A DNA stretch of 64,000 nt, taken from an uncultured Actinomycetes bacterium (GTDB taxonomy: Bacteria > Actinomycetota > Thermoleophilia > UBA2241). The DNA lies in assembly GCA_963725665.1 (NCBI GenBank), contig CAVRZA010000011.1, positions 32,001 to 96,000 of the forward strand, written 5' to 3'. The notes under the pieces are model-generated. The model was not told the DNA's origin. It saw only the letters and a list, made by a program, of their open reading frames with translations, and did not search any database. Shown piece by piece: positions 59,552-64,000 of this stretch. The first letter of the stretch is position 1. Each line of letters opens with the position of its first letter. The position numbers and the translations under genes were made by a program.

Positions 59552-61663
59552 CTAGCCGAAGATCTCGATGCGGTTCTTGCCGAGGCGTTTGGCGAGGTAG
59601 AGCGCCTTGTCGGCGGCGCGCACGAGGCCCTCGGCGTCGGGGGCATTGTCGGGGAAGGTCGCGGCGCCGATGCTCACGGTGATGCTCACCCCTCGCTCCT
59701 CGGCGTCGTCCCCGAACAGTGTCTTCGCCACGTGCGCGCGGATGCGCTCCCCGACCAGCTCGGCGGCCCCGTCCTCGTCCTCCACGCAAACAGAGACCTG
59801 GCGCTGCAGCCGGTCGCCCACGACCTGCGCGCCGGCGATCGGCGTGCTCGGCAGGATGACGGCGAACTCCTCTCCGCCGTAGCGCGCCACGACGTCGATC
59901 TGGCGCCGCAACTGGCGCTGCAGGATGTCGGCGATCTCGCGCAGCACCTGGTCACCCGCGAGGTGGCCGTACGCGTCGTTGAAGGACTTGAAGTCGTCGA
60001 GATCGAGCATGAGGAGCGACAACGGCGCGCCGTATCGCTTCGACTTCGCTACCTCCTCCTCGAGCCGCTCGTAGAAGTAGCGGTGGTTGTGCAGCCCGGT
60101 GAGACCGTCGGTGATGGCCTGCAGCTTGAGGGTCCTATAGAGGCGTCCGTTCTGGAGCGCCACGGCGGCCTGGTTGGCGAGGACCTGGACTAGCTCGACC
60201 TCGTCCTCGGCGAAGCGCCGCGCGCCGGCGTCGACTGCCTCGATGTACCCCTCCAGCCTGCCGCCGATCAGCAGCGGGACGGCGATGCACCCGCTGGCCC
60301 CGCCGGCTCCCTGCCTCGCCGCAGCCGCTCGCAGGGCATCATCTACGACCGCGCGCCGCGGCAGCACCGCGGCGCGCGGTCGGCGTTCGCTCTCCTCCAG
60401 CAGCGCGAGGCGGAAGGGCAGGAACTGATCGCCGGCATCCCGCAGGCGCACGTCCACGGTACACGCCTTGCCCGACAGCATGCCGGCGACCGCACCCTCC
60501 AGCAGTTCGAGGATCTCGCGCGGCTCGAGCGAGGAGGTCATGGTGCGGCTCGCCTCGAGCAGCCCGACCAAGCGGCGGCTGCGTGTCTCCTCCCGCCGGT
60601 AGAGCTTGGCGTTCTGGATGGCGGCCGCCGCCTGTTCGCCGAGGCCGGAGGCTAGCGCCGCCTCCTCCTCGGTGAAGTGACGTTCGGCCTTAGTCTCGAA
60701 CAGTGCCAAGAGGCCGACCGGCTCAGTGTGGAAGACGAGTGGGACGTTGAGGCAGGTCTGGTAATGGCGCTTCTCCATGAACGCCCGTGTGTCGGAAGCC
60801 AGGCCGGCATCCCCGATCGTCTCTTCGGCGACCGTTCCCTTCTCAATGATCGCGCGATCGGCCGGGTGTTCGTCGAGCGGGTACACCGTGCCGATGTCGT
60901 CACGCTCCATCGTGGGCTCGCGGCTGAAGAAGGAGCGATAGACGAGGGCGTCCGCCTCGGCGTCGTACTCGTAGATCACGCACTCGTCAGACTGGAGAGC
61001 CTCTCCTGTCGTCCGCGCGACCACCTCAAGCACATGCTCGAGAACGACCGTGGAACTCATGGCGAGGCTGCACTCGAGGAGGGAGGCGAGGTGCCGGTTG
61101 CGCTCCTGCTGCTCGGTGTAGAGGCGCGCGTTGTTGATGGCGATCGCCGCCGGCACGGCGAGGTCGGCGAGAAGCTCCTTCTCCTCAGGTGTGAAGCGGT
61201 GCACGCAGCGGCGTTCGAGTAGGCTCAGCACCCCAATCACCTCGTCGCCGAAGACCAGCGGCGCCTCGAGCGCGCTCTTCTCGCCCCAGCGCTGCATGGC
61301 GGCGCGCTCTTCCGGAGCGATGGCCGGGTCGTCCACGTGCGTCTCGAGCATGCGGCGGGCCTTCACGATCGTCAGGTAGTCGCGCCGCTCGTCGAGATCG
61401 ATGACAGCCCCGGTCTCCTCGGCGTCCTCGCCGCTGATCTCGCGGGCCCAGTAGCCGACCCCGGTCAGCGTGTTCTCACGCGCGTCGTAGACTAGGATGT
61501 GACAGCCCCAGACGCCCATGGCCTCGGCGATCCGCCGCGCGATCAGTGCCAGCACCTCTTCCAGCACCAGAGAGGACGCCAGGGCCGCGCTGATCTGGGC
61601 CACGATGGGCTTCAGGTCGCGGCGCCGCGGATGCGTTAGGGCCTCAGCTGTACGTCTCGACAC
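59552..61663 (-). CDS. Triple-GAF diguanylate cyclase
   Basis: Three GAF repeats; [30 protein letters not shown]. Confidence 0.92.
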   Translation of the reverse strand: MSRRTAEALTHPRRRDLKPIVAQISAALASSLVLEEVLALIARRIAEAMGVWGCHILVYDARENTLTGVGYWAREISGEDAEETGAVIDLDERRDYLTIVKARRMLETHVDDPAIAPEERAAMQRWGEKSALEAPLVFGDEVIGVLSLLERRCVHRFTPEEKELLADLAVPAAIAINNARLYTEQQERNRHLASLLECSLAMSSTVVLEHVLEVVARTTGEALQSDECVIYEYDAEADALVYRSFFSREPTMERDDIGTVYPLDEHPADRAIIEKGTVAEETIGDAGLASDTRAFMEKRHYQTCLNVPLVFHTEPVGLLALFETKAERHFTEEEAALASGLGEQAAAAIQNAKLYRREETRSRRLVGLLEASRTMTSSLEPREILELLEGAVAGMLSGKACTVDVRLRDAGDQFLPFRLALLEESERRPRAAVLPRRAVVDDALRAAAARQGAGGASGCIAVPLLIGGRLEGYIEAVDAGARRFAEDEVELVQVLANQAAVALQNGRLYRTLKLQAITDGLTGLHNHRYFYERLEEEVAKSKRYGAPLSLLMLDLDDFKSFNDAYGHLAGDQVLREIADILQRQLRRQIDVVARYGGEEFAVILPSTPIAGAQVVGDRLQRQVSVCVEDEDGAAELVGERIRAHVAKTLFGDDAEERGVSITVSIGAATFPDNAPDAEGLVRAADKALYLAKRLGKNRIEIFG

Positions 61664-63869
61664 GGTTCTTGCCCATCCTCTTCGCGAGATAGAGCGCCTT
61701 GTCGGCGCAGTCCACGAGCCCCTCCGCGTCGCGGCAATGGTCGGGGAAGCTGGCGATGCCGATACTGACGGTCATGTGCGCATGACGCTGCCCGCCTCGG
61801 CCCTCGAAGCGCGCAGTGGCGATGCTCTTGCGTATGCGCTCCCCCACGGCGTCGGCCGTGTCCTCGGAGGGAGGGGCGACGCCGCCGTGCGCGGCCGGTC
61901 CGCCGCCGTCTCCTCCTCGGCCGTCGCCGCCCTCAACGGCCGCCGCAGCGGCGTCGCACGCCTCCACGAGGTGCTGCCGCAGGCGCTTCGCCGCCGCCTG
62001 AGCCCCGCTCATCGGCGTGTTAGGCAGGATCACGGCGAACTCCTCGCCCCCATAGCGCGCCGGCAGGTCGACCAGGTTGCGCACCTGGTGGCGCAGGATG
62101 TCGGCCACCTCGCACAGCACCCGGTCGCCGGCCGGGTGCCCGAAGGTGTCGTTGAAGCGCTTGAAGTCGTCGAGGTCGAGCATGAGGAGCGAGAGCGGTA
62201 CGTCGTAGCGCTTCGCGGTCGCCACCTCCTCCTCGAGCCGCTTGTAGAAGTGGCGGTGGTTGTACAGGCGGGTGAGCCCGTCGGTGATCGCCTGTTGCTC
62301 GATGCGGTCGTACAGGCGCGCGTTCTCGAGCGCGACGGCCGCCTGGTTGGCCACGATCTGCACCAGCTCGAGCTCGTCGTTGCCCAGCTCGCGACCCGGC
62401 GGGATAGCGGCCTCGACGTACCCCTCGGCGGCGCCCCTGAGCACGAGCGGCACCACGACGCGGGTGACCTCCTCATCGCCCGTCTGTACCGCCGTGAGGG
62501 CGGCGAGGGCGCGCTCCGCCGCTGGGCCCGGGGGCGCGAGAGCGCCCTCGCCGCCCTCCTCGCTCGCCGCGCCTAGCAGCAGGCCGAACGGGACGTAGAC
62601 GCCGTCGTCGCCACGCAGGCGCACCTCGGCGGTGACGCCCTCGCCGCCCAACAGGTCCGCGATCTCCGCGCTCAGGCGCTCGAGCACCGTCTGCAGCTTG
62701 AGCGAGGCCGCGACCGAACGGCTCGCATCCAGCAGGTCGACGAGCCTCTTGTTGCGCAGTTCCTCGCGCTGGAACAGCTTCGCGTTGGCGATGGCGACGG
62801 CCGCTTGCTCGCCGAGGCTACGAGCCAGCTCGACCTCGGCGTCCGTGAAGCGCCGCTCGTACGTGGTCTCGACCAGCTCGATCATGCCCACGGGGCGGCT
62901 GTCGAGGAAGAAGGGCACCGTGAGCGTGCACTTCTGCCCGTACTTCAGCATCACCGCCCGGGCGGCGGGATCCGTCGCCGGGTCGCTCACGGTCTCCTGT
63001 ACGGGCTCTCCCGTCGCGATGACGCGACGGTTGGTGGGCCACTCGTCGAGCACGAACTCGCGCCCCAGAGCCGGACACCCCTCCTCCTCTGGTCGGGCGG
63101 CCGAATAGCCGCCGACCCGCCTGATCACTCCGCGTCTCTGGTCGTGCTCGTAGATCGACACTTCCTGTGCGCTGAAGGCCTCAGCCGCCTTGCCCGCGAC
63201 CAACTGCAGCACGTCCTCGAGGACCACCGTGGAGGTGATCGCCTTGCTCGAGTCGAGCAGCGAGGCGAGGAACCTCGTCTGCTCCTGCTGTCGGAGGAAC
63301 ATACGAGCGTTGTGGATGGCGATGGCCGCCGGCACGGCGAGCTCGCGCAGAAGCTCTTTCTCCTCGTCGGTGAACCGCCGCACGCGTCGTTTCTCGACCA
63401 GCACGAGGCAGCCGATGACCCCGTCGCGAAAGCGCAGGGGAACGCACAGCGTGCTGAGCTCGCCCCAGCGCTCCATGAGCGCCCTGTCCGCGGCGTCGAC
63501 GTCGGGATCGTCGAGGTGGTCTTCTGTGAGCCGGCCTTCGTGCAGCACGGCGCTGTAGCTCGGCCGCCCCACCAGGTCCACGACCGTGCCGATCCACTCC
63601 TCGTCGTCCTTCGTCGGCTCGAGCACCCAGGCCGCCTTCGCGGTCAGGGTGTTCCGCTCCGCCGAGTACTCGTAGAGATCGCACTCCCACACGTCGAGCG
63701 CCTCACCGATGCCCTGCGCGACCCGTGCCAGGACGTCCTCGAGCACCAGGCTCGAAGTGACCATCGCGCCGACCTCATTGAGGATGTCGTAGTGATCCTT
63801 GTCGACTGTGCCAGGCGTCTCGACCCCTCCTTCCGGCCGCCGCGCCGTGCCGTCCCTTCCGTCGTTCAG
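61644..63869 (-). CDS. Triple-GAF diguanylate cyclase (paralogue)
   Basis: Three GAF repeats; [17 protein letters not shown]; start uncertain (CTG 63869 or ACG 63818). Confidence 0.9.
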   Translation of the reverse strand: MNDGRDGTARRPEGGVETPGTVDKDHYDILNEVGAMVTSSLVLEDVLARVAQGIGEALDVWECDLYEYSAERNTLTAKAAWVLEPTKDDEEWIGTVVDLVGRPSYSAVLHEGRLTEDHLDDPDVDAADRALMERWGELSTLCVPLRFRDGVIGCLVLVEKRRVRRFTDEEKELLRELAVPAAIAIHNARMFLRQQEQTRFLASLLDSSKAITSTVVLEDVLQLVAGKAAEAFSAQEVSIYEHDQRRGVIRRVGGYSAARPEEEGCPALGREFVLDEWPTNRRVIATGEPVQETVSDPATDPAARAVMLKYGQKCTLTVPFFLDSRPVGMIELVETTYERRFTDAEVELARSLGEQAAVAIANAKLFQREELRNKRLVDLLDASRSVAASLKLQTVLERLSAEIADLLGGEGVTAEVRLRGDDGVYVPFGLLLGAASEEGGEGALAPPGPAAERALAALTAVQTGDEEVTRVVVPLVLRGAAEGYVEAAIPPGRELGNDELELVQIVANQAAVALENARLYDRIEQQAITDGLTRLYNHRHFYKRLEEEVATAKRYDVPLSLLMLDLDDFKRFNDTFGHPAGDRVLCEVADILRHQVRNLVDLPARYGGEEFAVILPNTPMSGAQAAAKRLRQHLVEACDAAAAAVEGGDGRGGDGGGPAAHGGVAPPSEDTADAVGERIRKSIATARFEGRGGQRHAHMTVSIGIASFPDHCRDAEGLVDCADKALYLAKRMGKNRVETYS

Positions 63870-64000
63870 CGGAACGACTCCACCCTGTTCTTGCCGAGCC
63901 GCTTGGCCAGGTAGAGCGCCTTGTCGGCGGCCGCCACCAGGCCCTCTCCGTCGTCTGCGTCCCCCGGCCACGTCGCCACTCCGACGCTGATCGTCACCCG
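63866..64000 (-). CDS. C-terminal end of another GGDEF protein (partial)
   Basis: [44 protein letters not shown]. Confidence 0.85.
   Translation of the reverse strand, partial: RVTISVGVATWPGDADDGEGLVAAADKALYLAKRLGKNRVESFR

Overview
High-GC chromosomal window whose gene content points to an actinobacterium, probably anaerobic or facultative (PASTA kinase, leaderless promoters, Etf/Acd, DUF2284, 4Fe-4S protein, MttB); the lineage is inferred. I see no CRISPR array, tRNA, rRNA, transposase, integrase or prophage. Contents in order: a ~2,200-codon secreted MofA/OmpB-like multicopper oxidase with Ig-like and FN3 repeats, divergent from a NarL-type two-component system; a coiled-coil cell-wall hydrolase; a non-pyrrolysine MttB, a serine hydrolase and a BKACE gene; a 10-gene amino-sugar/chitosan-oligomer locus with two CsnR-type AGGAAA-N-TTTCCT operators; MarR-MFS; an M20 deacylase; CvpA-CAP; glpK; a PASTA kinase; a truncated VWA pseudogene beside a structured non-coding segment; a PabB/TrpE-GATase fusion; tandem DUF2284 genes; gltX; a secreted metalloprotease; and etfB-etfA-acd. 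The last 12 kb hold a c-di-GMP cluster: one HD-GYP/Cache-like/GGDEF hybrid plus a coupled array of at least four GGDEF genes ending in a degenerate, I-site-retaining member. Single-base frameshifts are concentrated at the left end and are probably assembly errors.
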